The notes under the pieces are model-generated. The model did not search any database. It was not told where the DNA came from and saw nothing but the letters and a program-made list of their open reading frames with translations. A stretch of DNA of 64,000 nucleotides, from assembly GCA_964016885.1 (NCBI GenBank), contig OZ024744.1, positions 75,392,001 to 75,456,000 on the forward strand, in the 5' to 3' direction. Numbering within the stretch: the stretch's first letter is position 1; each line of letters begins with the position of its first letter. Position numbers and translations under genes: made by a program. The DNA comes from Eledone cirrhosa (taxonomy: Eukaryota). This document shows positions 1 to 14,200 of this stretch, in pieces.

Positions 1-2990
1 TGGTGGTGACGGTGGTAGTGGTGGTGGTGGTGGTGCTGTTGTGGTAGTGGTGGTGGTGGTGGTAGTGGTGGTGATGGTGGTAGTGGTGGTAGTGGTGGTG
101 GTGGTAGTGGTGGTGATGGTGGTGGTGATGGTGGTGATGGTGGTAGTGGTGGTGGTAGTGGTGGTGATGGTGGTGGTGATGGTGGTGACGGTGGTAGTGG
201 TAGTGGTGGTGGTGGTGCTGTGGTGGTAGTGGTGGTGATGGTGGTGGTGATGGTGGTGACGGTGGTAGTGGTGGTGGTGGTGGTGCTGTGGTAGTGGTGG
301 TGGTGGTGGTGGTGATGGTGGTGATGGTGGTAGTGGTGGTGGTAGTGGTGGTGATGGTGGTGGTGATGGTGGTGACGGTGGTAGTGGTGGTGGTGGTGGT
401 GCTGTGGTGGTAGTGGTGGTGATGGTGGTGGTGATGGTGGTGACGGTGGTAGTGGTGGTGATGGTGGTGGTGATGGTGGTGACGGTGGTAGTGGTGGTGG
501 TGGTGCTGTTGTGGTAGTGGTGGTGGTGGTGGTGGTGGTGGTAGTGGTGGTGATGGTGGTAGTGGTGGTAGTGGTGGTGGTAGTGGTGGTGATGGTGGTG
601 ATGGTGGTAGTGGTGGTGGTAGTGGTGGTGATGGTGGTGGTGATGGTGGTGACGGTGGTAGTGGTGGTGGTGCTGTGGTGGTAGTGGTGGTGGTGGTGGT
701 GGTGACGGTGGTAGTGGTGGTGGTGGTGGTGGTGGTAGTGGTGGTGATGGTGGTAGTGGTGGTAGTGGTGGTGATGGTGGTGGTGATGGTGGTAGTGGTG
801 GTAGTGGTGGTGGTAGTGGTGATGGTGGTGACGGTGGTAGTGGTGATGGTGGTGGTGGTAGTGGTGGTGGTGCTGTTGTGGTAGTGGTGGTGGTGGTGGT
901 GGTAGTGGTGGTGATGGTGGTGGTGGTGATGGTGGTAGTGGTGGTGGTGGTGATGTTGTAGTGGTGGTGGTGGTGGTGGTGGTGGTGGTAGTGGTGGTGA
1001 TGGTGGTAGTGGTGGTGGTGGTGGTTGTAGTGGTGGTGATGGTGGTGGTGATGGTGGTAGTGGTGATGGTGGTGGTGGTGATGTTGTGGTAGTGGTGGTG
1101 GTGGTGGTGGTCGTAGTGGTGGTGATAGTGGTGGTGGTGATGGTGGTAGTGGTGGTGGTGGTGATGTTGTGGTAGTGGTGGTGGTGGTGGTGGTGGTGGT
1201 GGTAGTGGTGGTGATGGTGGTAGTGGTGGTGGTGGTGGTATTAGTGGTGGTGATGGTGGTGGTGATGGTGGTGACGGTGGTAGTGGTGGTGGTGGTGGTG
1301 CTGTTGTGGTAGTGGTGGTGATGGTGGTGGTGATGGTGGTGACGGTGGTAGTGGTGGTGGTGGTGGTGGTGGTGCTGTAGTGGTAGTGGTGGTGATGGTG
1401 GTGGTGATGGTGGTAGTGGTGATGGTGGTGGTGGTGGTGGTGGTGCTGTTGTTGTAGTGGTGGTGGTGGTGGTGGTGGTAGTGGTGGTGATGGTGGTGGT
1501 GATGGTGGTGATGGTGGTAGTGGTGGTGGTGGTGATGTTGTGGTAGTGGTGGTGGTGGTGGTGGTAGTGGTGGTGATGGTGGTGGTGATGGTGGTGATGG
1601 TGGTAGTGGTGGTGGTGGTGGTGGTGGTGGTGGTGGTGGTGGTGGCGGTGGTGGTGGTGGTGATGGTGGTGGTGATGGTGGTGATGGTGGTAGTGGTGGT
1701 GGTGGTGGTTGGGTGGTAGTTGTGGTGATGGGGATGGTGATGGTGGTGATGGTGGTAGTGGTGGTGGTGCTGATGGGGGGGGGGGGGTAGTGGCAGTGGT
1801 GGTGGTGTTGTGGTAGTGGTGGTCGTGGTGATGGTGGCGGTGATGGTAGTGGTGGTGATGGTGGTGATGATGATGGTGATGGTGGTAGTGGTGGTGGTGG
1901 TGCTGTTGTGGTAGTGGTGGTGGTGCTGGTGGCGGCGGTGATGGTGGTGGTGATAGTGGTGGTCTTGGTAGTGGTGAGGACGGTGGTAGTGGTATTGGTG
2001 ATGCTGTTTTGGTTGTGGTGGTGGCGGCGGTGATGGTAGTGGTGGTGATGGTAGTGGTGGTGATGGTGGTGATGGTGGTAGTGGTGGTGGTGGTGCTATT
2101 GTGGTAGTGGTGGTGGCGGCGGTGGTAGTGGTGGTGGTGATAGTGGTGGTCATGGTAGTGGTGGGGATGGTGATGATGGTGGTAGTGGTAGTGGTGGTGC
2201 TGTTGTGGTAGTGGTGGTGGCGGCGGTAATGTTATTGGTGCTGATCGTGCTGATGGTGGTAGTGGTGGTAGTGGTGCTGGGGGTGTTGTTGTGGTAGTGG
2301 TGGTGGTGGTGGTGGTGGTGGTAGTGGTGGTGGTGGTAGTGGTCGTCATGGCAGTGGTGGGGATGGCGGTTGTGATGATGGTGGTAGTGGTAGTGGTGGT
2401 GCTGTTGTGGTAGTGGTGGTGGCGGCGGTGAAGGTAGTGGTGGTGATAGTGGTGGTGATGGTGGTGGTGATGGTGGTGATGGTGGTAGTGGTGGTAGTGG
2501 TGGTGGTGGTGGTAGTGGTGGTAGCGGTGGTGCTGGTGGTGGTGGTGGTGGTGGTGGTGGTGGTTCTGCTGCTGCGGGTAGTGGTGGCGTTAGTGGTGGT
2601 AGCGGTGGTGCTGGTGGTGGTGGTGGTGTTTCTGCTGCTGCGGGTAGTGGTGGTGGTGGTAGTGGTGTTGACAATGGTATTGGTTGTGTTAGTTCGTGGT
2701 GAAGGTGATCGTTGGAATTGCAGGGGGCGGTGCCGATGGTATCGGTGATGTTAGTGATGGTAGTGGTGATAGTGGTAGTTGTTTTGGTGGGGAGTGTGTG
2801 CTGTTAGTGGTGATTGCAGGGGTAGTGTTTTTGTTGTTGTTAGTGGTGGTGGTGATGGTGGTATTGGTGATGATGTTGGTAGTTGTTTTGGTGGAGGACG
2901 TGGTTCTGGTGGTGATTGCAGGAGCTAGTGTTTTTGTTGTTGTTAGTGGAGGCCGTGGTGGTGTTGATAGTGACGGTGGCCGTGTGTGAG
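1..2990. repeat. Degenerate (GGT/GTG)n trinucleotide satellite with GAT/AGT variants
   Basis: Continuous ggt-based repeat that decays toward 2990. The poly-Val and poly-Pro ORFs here are translation artefacts. Confidence 0.95.
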
Positions 2991-3482
2991 TGTAAAGAAG
3001 AAAAAAGGGTGGAGTGGAGTTGTTATGATGATATGATGGCGCCACAGCTGCTTTATAACTTCATATAGCTGCTAAATTGTAATAGAAATAAAGTGCTGTA
3101 AACGAGACAAATTTCATCCCCTTCTTCATTTTTCCCCCCAACAAAACAGACAATCAGCACGAAATAGACTGCCCTAGAGAATTTTTTTTAAACAGTGACC
3201 CTAACCTTAATCAATATTAGATACTGTAAAATAACATCGGGTGCGGGCGTTCGGCTCTTTAGGGGGCTAACTTGTATATACCGCAATAACTGAAATCATA
3301 TTTTCCTAATTGGAAAGGTGAGCAAATGGAAACATATCAAAACAAACTGAATAAATGAATGAATGAATAAATGAATAAATAAATAAATAAGTCTTCCGTT
3401 TATATATTTATTTAAGGCTTTGGTTGACAGTTTTCACGTAGTACGTATGAGAATGGAGGAGGCTATTTTTCTTTGACTTTTT

Positions 3483-3568
<86 letters not shown>

Positions 3569-3643
3569 GTATATATATATATTTATAAACACACACATAT
3601 ATATATAAATATATATATATGTGTGTATGTATATATATTTATG

Positions 3644-3724
<81 letters not shown>

Positions 3725-3773
3725 ATTTATATATTTATACGTACATATATATATGTATATATATTTATGTATG

Positions 3774-3815
<42 letters not shown>

Positions 3816-4398
3816 TTTAGTCACTCTATCTTACTAAATAACTGAAATATGATGTGTATATGTGTGTTTGGGTATGTGTGCGTGTTTGTTGCGTGTGCAT
3901 CTATGTGTGTATGTGTGTATATGCATTGCGTGTGTTTTGGTATGTTTGCATTGACATATGCGTGCATATATACATGCAAAAGCTGACGCATGCACAACCA
4001 CATACACACACACATACAACAGTGTGTGTGTATGTGTGGTTTTTGTGAGTACATGAATGTGTATGGAAGTCCAAACGCGTGCCTGCATGTATCTGTGTGT
4101 ATACGTATATGACTGTGCGTGTGTGTGTGTATGTATGTATGAATGTGTGTGTGTGTATGAATGTATGCGTATGTATGAATGTGTATGTGTGTGTATGTGT
4201 GTGTGTGTGTGGGGGGGGGGTTGTGTTGTGTGTGTTGTGTGTGTTGTGTGTGTTGTGTTGTGTGTGTGCAAGCGTGCACGATAAATGCGTTTCAACATCG
4301 GAAATCGATGAAAAGATACATCAGTTGTGGTATGGCTGAATTTGGCAAGTATCGCAAAAACACAGCAATGTTCACTTGGGACGAAATAGCAATGTATC

Positions 4399-4470
<72 letters not shown>

Positions 4471-5398
4471 CTATATATATATATATATATATATTTATAT
4501 ACATACGCACATATATATATATATATATACATACACATATATATACATACATACATGCATTGCATACATACAAAACCCTGAGCAGCCGAAAAAACAATAT
4601 TTGTAGATATTTAATTTATTTTATTTTATTTTATTTTTTCGTTTCTTGTTTTATTTGTTTATTTCATTTTATTTATATATCATTAATTCCAATCACTTTA
4701 ACTGATTGGAACTATTTGAACCATTAATGTCATATTTGGCCTAGAGCAACGTGATTCTTTCGATATCTATCCACACTAGTCACTTAAAGAAAACTTAACA
4801 GATGTGGAATAATTTCCATTTCTATTGAATTGCTGATGTTGATGTTGTTGTTGCTGTTGTTGTTGTTGTTGTTGTTGTTGTTATGGTGGTTGTTTTTAGT
4901 ATTTTTATGGTTTGTTTTTCTTTGTTTTTGTTTGTTTGTTTGTTTGTTTTAGTTCTTTTTGTTCTTTTTTTTATTTACTTGGGAATGGTTCAGTGTTTAT
5001 ATTTCCTTGACCGCTCTACCGTTACATTTAATCTGTTCCTCTGTGGTCCAAGGTGATTTATTCCAAGTCAACAACACCTCTTAATCTATCGCTTCATTAT
5101 ATCAACGTAGAAATAAAAGCATTAAAAGTAAAGGGGCAAATGTTATCAACTAAAAATATTTTCACTCTCAATGGTATTGCCTTTTATTATGATCCCAGTT
5201 CTAACGCTAAAATGACTAACAAAAGCTATAATTTATATATTTTTTATTCGAGCAAAATTCAGATATTTTTTCTTTATACAGATTTTGTAAAATAAATAAA
5301 TCTGAGCATACAAATAGAGAGAAATATCTCGATAGGGATAAAATCGCAATATAAAAGTATAGCGAGAGAAAAATAAAAATGTTTTTGGATCTATATGT

Positions 5399-5475
<77 letters not shown>

Positions 5476-5482
<7 letters not shown>

Positions 5483-5910
5483 AAAAAAGATGAAATCAAA
5501 AATGTAACTGGAGTCTTTTTAAGAATATTTATTTGAGCCCCTATTTTTTAAAGGCAAATGCAATAAGAACTTTGTAACGCGAAATAGTGCGAAATTTATT
5601 ATACTTATTCACGTGACAGTCATCAACCAACCAAATTACTTTTCTAAAAAAAAACCTACCATTTCGAGCCACTTTTTTCCACATGAAACAGAAGTAACAT
5701 TCGAACACTAACCAGATGCGAAAAAAACCACAAACCCTCCATCTCAATTCTAACTTTGAAAAGCATAAGGACTTTGAAACCGGTTTAGGAAACCAATAAA
5801 TATTCTTAAAAAGACTCCAGTTGCATTTTCGATTTCATCTTTTTTCCTTATACTCTCACTCGTGTAGGACATCTCTTTTTTTTTTATTAAAAAAAAAAAA
5901 AAATCATTTT
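5476..5910 (+). mobile_element. Short Penelope-like pLTR remnant with 5' inverted duplication
   Basis: 5476-5533 is the reverse complement of 5795-5852 (58 bp, 2 mismatches). Eroded hammerhead-like ttgaaaagc...gaaaccggtt at ~5755-5786. Bounded by (TA)n. A direct second copy lies at ~7525-7635. Confidence 0.5.
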
Positions 5911-5997
5911 CTTTTATATATATATATATATATATACTTGTGGGGGGAGGGGTGTACTTGTGTGTGTATGTATGTATAACACTTTTTAACAATTATT

Positions 5998-6280
5998 TTA
6001 CAATGGATTCACACACGGACAAAACCAAGAGGTAGGAGACCCCGAGGAAGATGTTTGGATAACATCCATGAGCTTGACTGGTACGCTTGGGGATCCAGCT
6101 GGATCAGTTGGAGACTGTTGCTTCTGACATGACCCGTTGGAGGGAGTGTTTAAGGACTCTACTCCTACGACCCTCTCATGAAGAAGAAGAAGAAGAAGAA
6201 GAAGAAGAAGAAGAAGAAGAAGAAGAAGAAGAAGAAGAAGAAGAAGAAGAAGAAGAAGAAGAAGAAGAAGAAGAAGAAGA
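5998..6280 (+). mobile_element. 3' tip of an RTE-like LINE with (GAA)n tail
   Basis: One frame reads KPRGRRPRGRCLDNI, resembling the G-x-R-x-x-GRP-x-x-RW-x-D motif at the RTE C-terminus. It is followed immediately by a (GAA)n tract at ~6180-6280. Confidence 0.5.
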
Positions 6281-6680
6281 TTCACACATAGGTAAAATTA
6301 GTAATAAAATTGTAATAAAAACAACTGATGACTTTCTCAATAGAGGAAAACATTTTAGGAATAATAGAGCATAGAACTAATAAATAAACACATACAGTCT
6401 ATGTTTGTTATGTCGTGAAAGCAGCATGGGCGAATATTTAAGGAGGTCACTTTGAAATCATTATCATCTGGGTACAAGCTCCCTCCATGCGTATCATCTG
6501 GGGCATATCACCCCAGATTAACCTATACCTTTTGAGTGAAACTGAGGAAACAGAAACAGTTTCAAAACCCCATCAGATGTGCGTAATTTGAAAGACCAGC
6601 ATTGTTGTATATTGTGTTATACTGGATATTCCTGAGAATTATGTTAAGATAACGCTTGTTTGACGGACAGAAAGTTACAT

Positions 6681-6887
6681 CTTTACCACATCAGTCATCT
6701 TGCTGGCGTGCAATTTCACAAATTAAGGTTCTATTGCAATTATGATGTTAAATTGTGCAATAGATTGGAGAACAGCTCTGTTGGTAAAATGCATGCATGG
6801 TATGGCGATAACAAAACAGAATTGACAGGAAAAATACCACACTAATGAGCGAAATTGCACACCTGCAAGGTGGCTAACGAGTTAAAG
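6681..6887. mobile_element. Putative MITE with imperfect ~35-bp terminal inverted repeats
   Basis: atcagtcatcttgctggcgtgcaatttc (~6690-6717) versus gaaattgcacacctgcaaggtggctaac (6851-6878). Confidence 0.35.
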
Positions 6888-7222
6888 ATGCAGCTATTTA
6901 ACTGTGTGTATTTTCTGCTGATAATATATTTATATACGCAGATTAATGCTAACAACCGGGCACAAGTCTCGCCGAGGTTGTTTGTGGAAGATTAGCAGTC
7001 GCCTAGGCATACCAGTCGCCTAAGCATACCAGTCTCCCCTCTCCACACCACTGATGTTACCCAAGAGAAAGGCAAAGGCCGATGCATATTGGCACCAGTG
7101 AGAGAGAGAGATATGTAAAATCCCGAACCTGGAACCAAGCGGTTTTAGCTTGCTGAACACACACGCACACCAAGAGTGAAGCTAATACCACTATGTACTA
7201 TTGACATAATGTTATTAGCTTC

Positions 7223-7380
7223 ACGGTAGAGGGTCAGACGCCATGTTTTCGCATAGAGTTACGGCCCTTTCCATTCTGAGTTCAAATCCAGCCAAGGTTA
7301 ACTTTGCCTTTCATCCTTACGGGGAAGAAAAAAAAAGTACCAGTAATACACTGAGATAATTGCTGGCCTTGTGCCAAACA
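7223..7380 (+). mobile_element. tRNA-derived SINE, family A, 5'-truncated
   Basis: B-box gagttcaaatcc, core ctttgcctttcatccttacgggg...aagtaccagtaa and 3' end ggccttgtgccaaa, all shared with about 7 other copies in the window. Confidence 0.8.
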
Positions 7381-7631
7381 TATTATATGTGCCAAAAACT
7401 ATGTGTCATATTACACTAGACCACCCGCGACCTGCTGGGTCACGTTAATTTTAAAGTAGAAACAATTATGTACTATTGACTCTTGCGTTTGTTTGTTTGT
7501 ACTTTGGGATATTTATATATATAAAACCATCTCAATTCTACTTTTGAAAAGCATAAGAACTGTGAAACCGGTAAAGGAAACAAATAAACATTTTTAAAAA
7601 GAGTCCAGTTGCATTTTCGATTTCTTTTCCT

Positions 7632-7679
<48 letters not shown>

Positions 7680-7900
7680 GGGTCGATTTTTTTTTCCTTC
7701 AAATTCATGCATATCCTCAATTGTAAGGATTTGCTGAACAAATTTCGATGAGGCACTTCTTAATTTTTTCTTAAATTACTTTGAGACGGAAATCTAATGA
7801 AGTATGTATCTAGATGGAATAAAATATATTTAACTATGAAATTAATCAACCTAAAAATAACGAAGATTATTAAATGAAATAAAACACACAGAGGCACACA

Positions 7901-7958
<58 letters not shown>

Positions 7959-8323
7959 GTAAAAAGTGCAGTCTCTATTTAAAGAAAATTAATTTTAAAA
8001 TATATATTACAGATATATATTTTAGAAGTCGATAATTTTACACTGCATCGTCTTGTGAGGTCTGAATTCTAAAGTTTAAATTAAGTATTACTGTTTTTAT
8101 TAATTCTTTCTTTTCTTCTTTCTGTCTTCTTTTACTTCTTTTTTCTCTATTCAGGATAACCACATCCGTACCCATATGAGTAGTTTCCTGTCAATGTGAG
8201 CTTTGTATATAGAAAGCCACACAAAATAAAGTGGCCTACAATAGCCAGAGAAGGGGAGGCTAAAATGTGCACGCACACACACACAGACACACACACATCA
8301 TACTTACATACACACACACACAG

Positions 8324-8462
<139 letters not shown>

Positions 8463-8465
8463 ATA

Positions 8466-8509
<44 letters not shown>

Positions 8510-8963
8510 AAAGAATGCGTATATAAATGTTTGTGGTCAGTATTGGTCAGCGGTTTCAATAATTTTATACTGCTACTTCCATCGATTTTGCCATCTCCTC
8601 GCTTGACTGGCCAAACGATAGCCGTTTTGAAGAACGCAGGTGTTACACTACATGATCAGACACCTGTGTCGCTCGAATGAAAAATACTTATGTATGTGTG
8701 TGTTTGTGTCTGTAAGTGTGCGTGTGCTTAGTTTTATAGATGTATGTTTAATGCTTATCCGTATGTGAGTACACTTATATACTCACGTATATTTATGCGT
8801 TTATATATATATATATTTATATACACGCATGTATATGTGAGCGTATATATATATATATATATATATGTATATGTGTGTGTGTGTATTTATGTGTATTTAT
8901 GTGTGTGCATGAATCATACATATATGTATATATATGATTTTATAATTATATATATATATACAT

Positions 8964-9009
<46 letters not shown>

Positions 9010-9164
9010 TTACATACATATATATATATAGAGAGAGGGGGGGGAGAGAATAAGAGAGAAAGAGAAAGAGAGAGACGGACAGAGAGGCAGAGAGGGAGGC
9101 TGTAAAGAAAGAAACCCACATACATAGATACACATCCTTCATCTATACAACCATCCATCCATTG

Positions 9165-9213
9165 ATGCATACATACATACATACATACATACATACATAC
9201 ATACATACATACA

Positions 9214-9247
<34 letters not shown>

Positions 9248-9800
9248 CATCCATGCATACATACATACATACATACATATATACATCCATCCATCCATAC
9301 ATACATAGTCTCATACATACATACATTCACACATACATACATACATACATACACACATACATACATACACACATACATACACACATACATATATACATGC
9401 ATAAATACATACATACATACATATATGCATACAATCATACATACATACATACATACATACATACATACGTACATACATACATACACACATACACACATAC
9501 ATACATACATACACACATTCATACATACATACATACATACATACATACACACATACATACATACATACATGCACACATACATACACACATATACACACAT
9601 ACACACATACATACATACATACACACATACATACATACATACATACATACATGCATACATACATACATACATACATACATACATACATACATACATACAT
9701 ACACACATACATACATACATTCATACATACATACATACATACATACATACATACATACATACACACATACATACACACATACATACATACATACATACAT
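9165..9800. repeat. (CATA)n/(CACA) compound microsatellite
   Basis: Direct reading. Confidence 0.95.
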
Positions 9801-10399
9801 GGTGGCTGCCAACTCGTTTTCGAGTACGGCCACTACTTTATATCCATGTAGGAGAACCCCTACCGATGCGCTAAACAAGTGTGACTTTTAGTCCAGCCAG
9901 CGACTTGAAAACTCTGGTACAAACACTACACCTGTGACAATTATTGACACATAGTGTTGGGCCTTTGGTACCATGTGACGACAAGTGTAGAGAGATCTCC
10001 AGATATAAAGCAATGCCTGTGCCGTGAAGCTTTTATAGTGAGCAAAGGCACTGCACAAAGCCAGTCCCACTCTCTTAACCAAGATGATATTTACCAAAAA
10101 GAAGAATAAGTCAACATCATTGGATACCATCAGGGTTGCAGGTGTTATATCAGAGTTTTCCTTCTCTTAGAATTCTGCCTTGACAAAGGCTAAGGGGTCA
10201 TCTCTCCCGGTGATTTTGGATGGCCATTGACTCTTAAGAGCTCCTTTGCCAGGTTTTGTTTTTAGTCCTGCAGGATGTCCAAAGTCACCCTCCTCACCAA
10301 GAAACCTTGGTGGGGTTGCCAGTTTAGTCGCCAACGACCCGACCATGGGACAGGTTGTACTGGGATACATGTTACCAGTAGCACCAACTGGTGACCTGA
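9801..10399 (-). mobile_element. Non-autonomous 600-bp retroposon 'U', copy 1, inserted in (TATG)n
   Basis: Nearly identical to 15826-16432. Diverged relatives lie at 57490-58000 and 30563-30730, and the latter retains only the ggcagcca end, which suggests that end is the 3' end. Contains gagaaggaaaactctgatata, reminiscent of RTE 5' UTRs. Confidence 0.75.
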
Positions 10400-11076
10400 C
10401 ATACATACATACATACATACATACACACATACATACATAGATTCATACATACATACATACATACATACATACACACATACACACATACATACATACATAC
10501 ATACACACATACATACATACATACATACATACATGCATACATACATACATACATACATACATACATACATACATACATACATACACACATACACACATAC
10601 ATACATACATACATACATACATACATACATACATACACACATACATACAATCATACATACATACATACATACATACATACACACATACATACATACAATC
10701 ATACATACATACATACATACATACATACACACATACACACATACATACATACATACATACACACATACATACATACAATCATACATACATACATACATAC
10801 ATACATACATACATACATACATGCATACACACATACATACATACATACATACATACATACATACATACATACATACATACATACACACACACATACATAC
10901 ATACATACATACATACATACATACATACATACATACATACATACATACATACATACACACACACATACATACATACATACATACACACACATACATACAC
11001 ACATACATACAAACATACATACATACATACATACATACACACATACATACATACAATCATACATACATACATACAT

Positions 11077-11115
<39 letters not shown>

Positions 11116-11297
11116 CATACACACATACATACATACATACATACATACACACATACATACATACATACATACATACATACATACATACATACATACATAC
11201 ATACACACACACATACATACATACATACATACATACATACACACACACATACATACATACATACATACATACATACATACATACATACATACATACA
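10400..11297. repeat. (CATA)n microsatellite
   Basis: Direct reading. Confidence 0.95.
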
Positions 11298-14200
11298 ATG
11301 GCGACCGTTGTGGTCAGTGTCCGATAATTGGACGTGTGTAATTACGGCTTACATGAAGGCAACATACCATATATTGGAAAAAGTTGAGCTACATTACGCG
11401 GTAAGATTACATACAATAATTCTACATAAGTGTTTGAACTGTAAGTGTGTTGTAAAACACCTATTTATATGAACGATACATACACTTATGATATATGAAC
11501 GATACATACACTTTAACATATAAATGCAACGTTGTTATATTACATTTATAAAGAAATATAAAAGTAACGTTTTCGATTCAGAAACAAAAATATAAGTGTT
11601 TGAACTGTGAATGTTGTGAATATGTTGTAGAACACCTATTTATATGAATGATACATAAACTTTAACATATAAATACAGCATTGTTATATTATATTACATT
11701 CGTAAAGGAATATACTAAGTAACGGTTCTTTTTGTTCTCGATTCAAACGATTCAAGAACAACGTTTAAAACACAGTTGTAGAATTAAAAACTAACTGAAA
11801 AGAAATATTACCCAAGCTGTGAATAACTTTAAATTTGATTCTGACAGAACTTTGTCGTAACTTTTAAAGAAGATCATCGACTATTTAAAAAAAATAAATA
11901 CAAAATATTAGTGAATAGACGAACTCATCATGGCAAAAAGTACAAGTCTCCTTCGACCAAATCGCAATTACAACCGTTGTATACAGTGGAGCTACGAGCT
12001 TAACAAAGAATTATATGAAGCATACAAACAATCTGAACCCCAAAAGTTCGGTTTTATGCAAAGGCTAAAAACTTTATGGAACTCCAAACACCCAGAATTA
12101 GACTTTTCTCCAAAGCATCTAAATGAACAGGCAAAACGTATCATTAGATGTAAATTGATACATCTAACGGAATCGAGTGATACTACAAATACAGCCCTTG
12201 TAGACAACCACCCCACCTCCACTGACAGACAAAGAGAATGGCCGGCTAAATCTAACAGTGAACAGCTCACCAACAATTTTGCTGAAATCCATCCCACTTC
12301 CACTGAAGAACAGCGAGAAAGGTCAGCTGACTCTAGTAGTAATTGTCACCACATCAACAACGAGGCTGCAATTCATGACTCTACTGAACAAACAGAGCAC
12401 CAAAAACTTGTGGGCACCCTACAAGTGATATGGAACGATATGTTTCAAGAGATACACAGCCTTAATGTGAGTGACAGACCATACAACACTAGAGTCAGTA
12501 AAGAACCCACTAAATTGGAATTGGAAGCGGTGAACGAAATAGCTGGCAATTATCTGAAGGCTATACGATCTAAAGGTGTAGAAACGACATTTGAAACGCT
12601 CAATGTTTTGTTATATGTTTCAGCTGTCACATTGCTATCATATAACACACATCTAAAACCACGCAATCAAGATACAAACAGAAAGCCTGAACCAGCGTGG
12701 ATGCGAAATTTAAAAACCAAAATTTTGTCCCTGAGACGAAGTATCTCACACATCGCAGTCGTTATGAAATGCAACATAGAGAGAAACTTCACACGACACC
12801 AGGAAGACCTAAAGAAAAAGGTAGAGAGACGATTTGGAGATACCAAATTTAAAACTTTGAACTCCAAATTACACCAGTTGAAACAACAACTCACAGCTAC
12901 AACAGAAAGACTAAAATATAAGTCAACAGCCCATAAACGACAAGTGCTAAATAGATTGTTTGCCAGAGATCCTAAATCAGTTTATCGCAGCTTCGGTGGC
13001 AAAAGCTCAATCCCTGTAAACGACACCCCTTCAAAAGAACAGGTTGAGAACTACTGGAGATCTGTATGGGAAACGGATGACGGATTCAACAGACAAGCTA
13101 ATTGGCTAAAACAACTGGAACAGGACTACTGCCAACATGTCCAGACAAAACAATATGACATAGATGGGTCAATACTGGAAACAGCTCTACAGAAAATGTC
13201 GAATAGGAAATCGCCAGGCCCAGACCTCATTACAGGATACTGGTTGAAGAATTTCACTTTCTATCGGCAAGATCTCATACGGCTGTTTACAGAAACCATT
13301 AAGGGCACACAAGAACTGCCCAGATGGTTATCAACTGCCACTACTCTCCTCATTCCCAAAAATAGCCAAACCACCCTTGCTAAAAATTACCGCCCAATTG
13401 CCTGCCAAAACATCATGTATAAATTATATACTGGGTGCCTTAACCTGTTCTTACAGGATCACTGTGCTACCAACAACATCATAACACCTGAGCAAGCTGG
13501 TGGAAAGAGGGAGGTGTGGGGTTGCATAGATCACCTACTAACTAACAAAATGATTCAGGAAAAAACAACAAAGAATCGCAGAAACATGACTGTCGTGTGG
13601 CTGGACTATCAAAAAGCATTTGATAGTGTACCTCATGGGTGGATTATTAAGGCTTTACAGTTAGCTAAAGTCCCACAACCATTAGTAGCTGCTGTTGAAC
13701 GCCTGACCAAGAACTGGTACACCAATTTGATCCTTAGAGGTGAGAAGGAGCAGGTTAAGACTGATAGGATACATTACCAGAAGGGCATCTTTCAGGGTGA
13801 TAGCTTGTCAGTACTACTCTTCGTTCTCTCACTGAATCCACTATCTTACCTACTCAGGAAACAAGGTGGACAAAGAAGTGGGCCCAGAAGTATCTCCCAT
13901 CTTTTCTTTGTTGATGACCTGAAGTTGTATGGGCCAAATATCAATGACATCAAGAAACAATTGGACCTCATTACACAATTTTCAACCGACATCAAAATGA
14001 AATTTGGTGAGTCCAAGTGTGCATATTTGGCAGTAAAACGTGGAAGAGCTGTGCCCTCCTCTAGAAATCTAGATATGAACGGCCTGACAATACAACCTCT
14101 GCAGTCAGGTGACAACTACAGATATCTTGGACAGGATGAGAATGTCAGATATGATGGACCCATAAATAAGGAGAGAACCAGAACTGAATACCTCAGAAGA

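Noticed and set aside
41-3045. Poly-Val, poly-Pro and poly-His ORFs
   Set aside because: These are translations of a GGT satellite with no protein-like complexity.
10280-10400. Twister ribozyme in U (gtaac, cctgtcccatg, gaggaggg)
   Set aside because: The motif fragments are present but P2 and the T2 pseudoknot cannot be paired.
9139-11327. Long MYVC/HTYI ORFs, also at 15374-17046, and YI/CV ORFs throughout
   Set aside because: These are stop-free frames of (CATA)n, (TA)n and (CA)n microsatellites.
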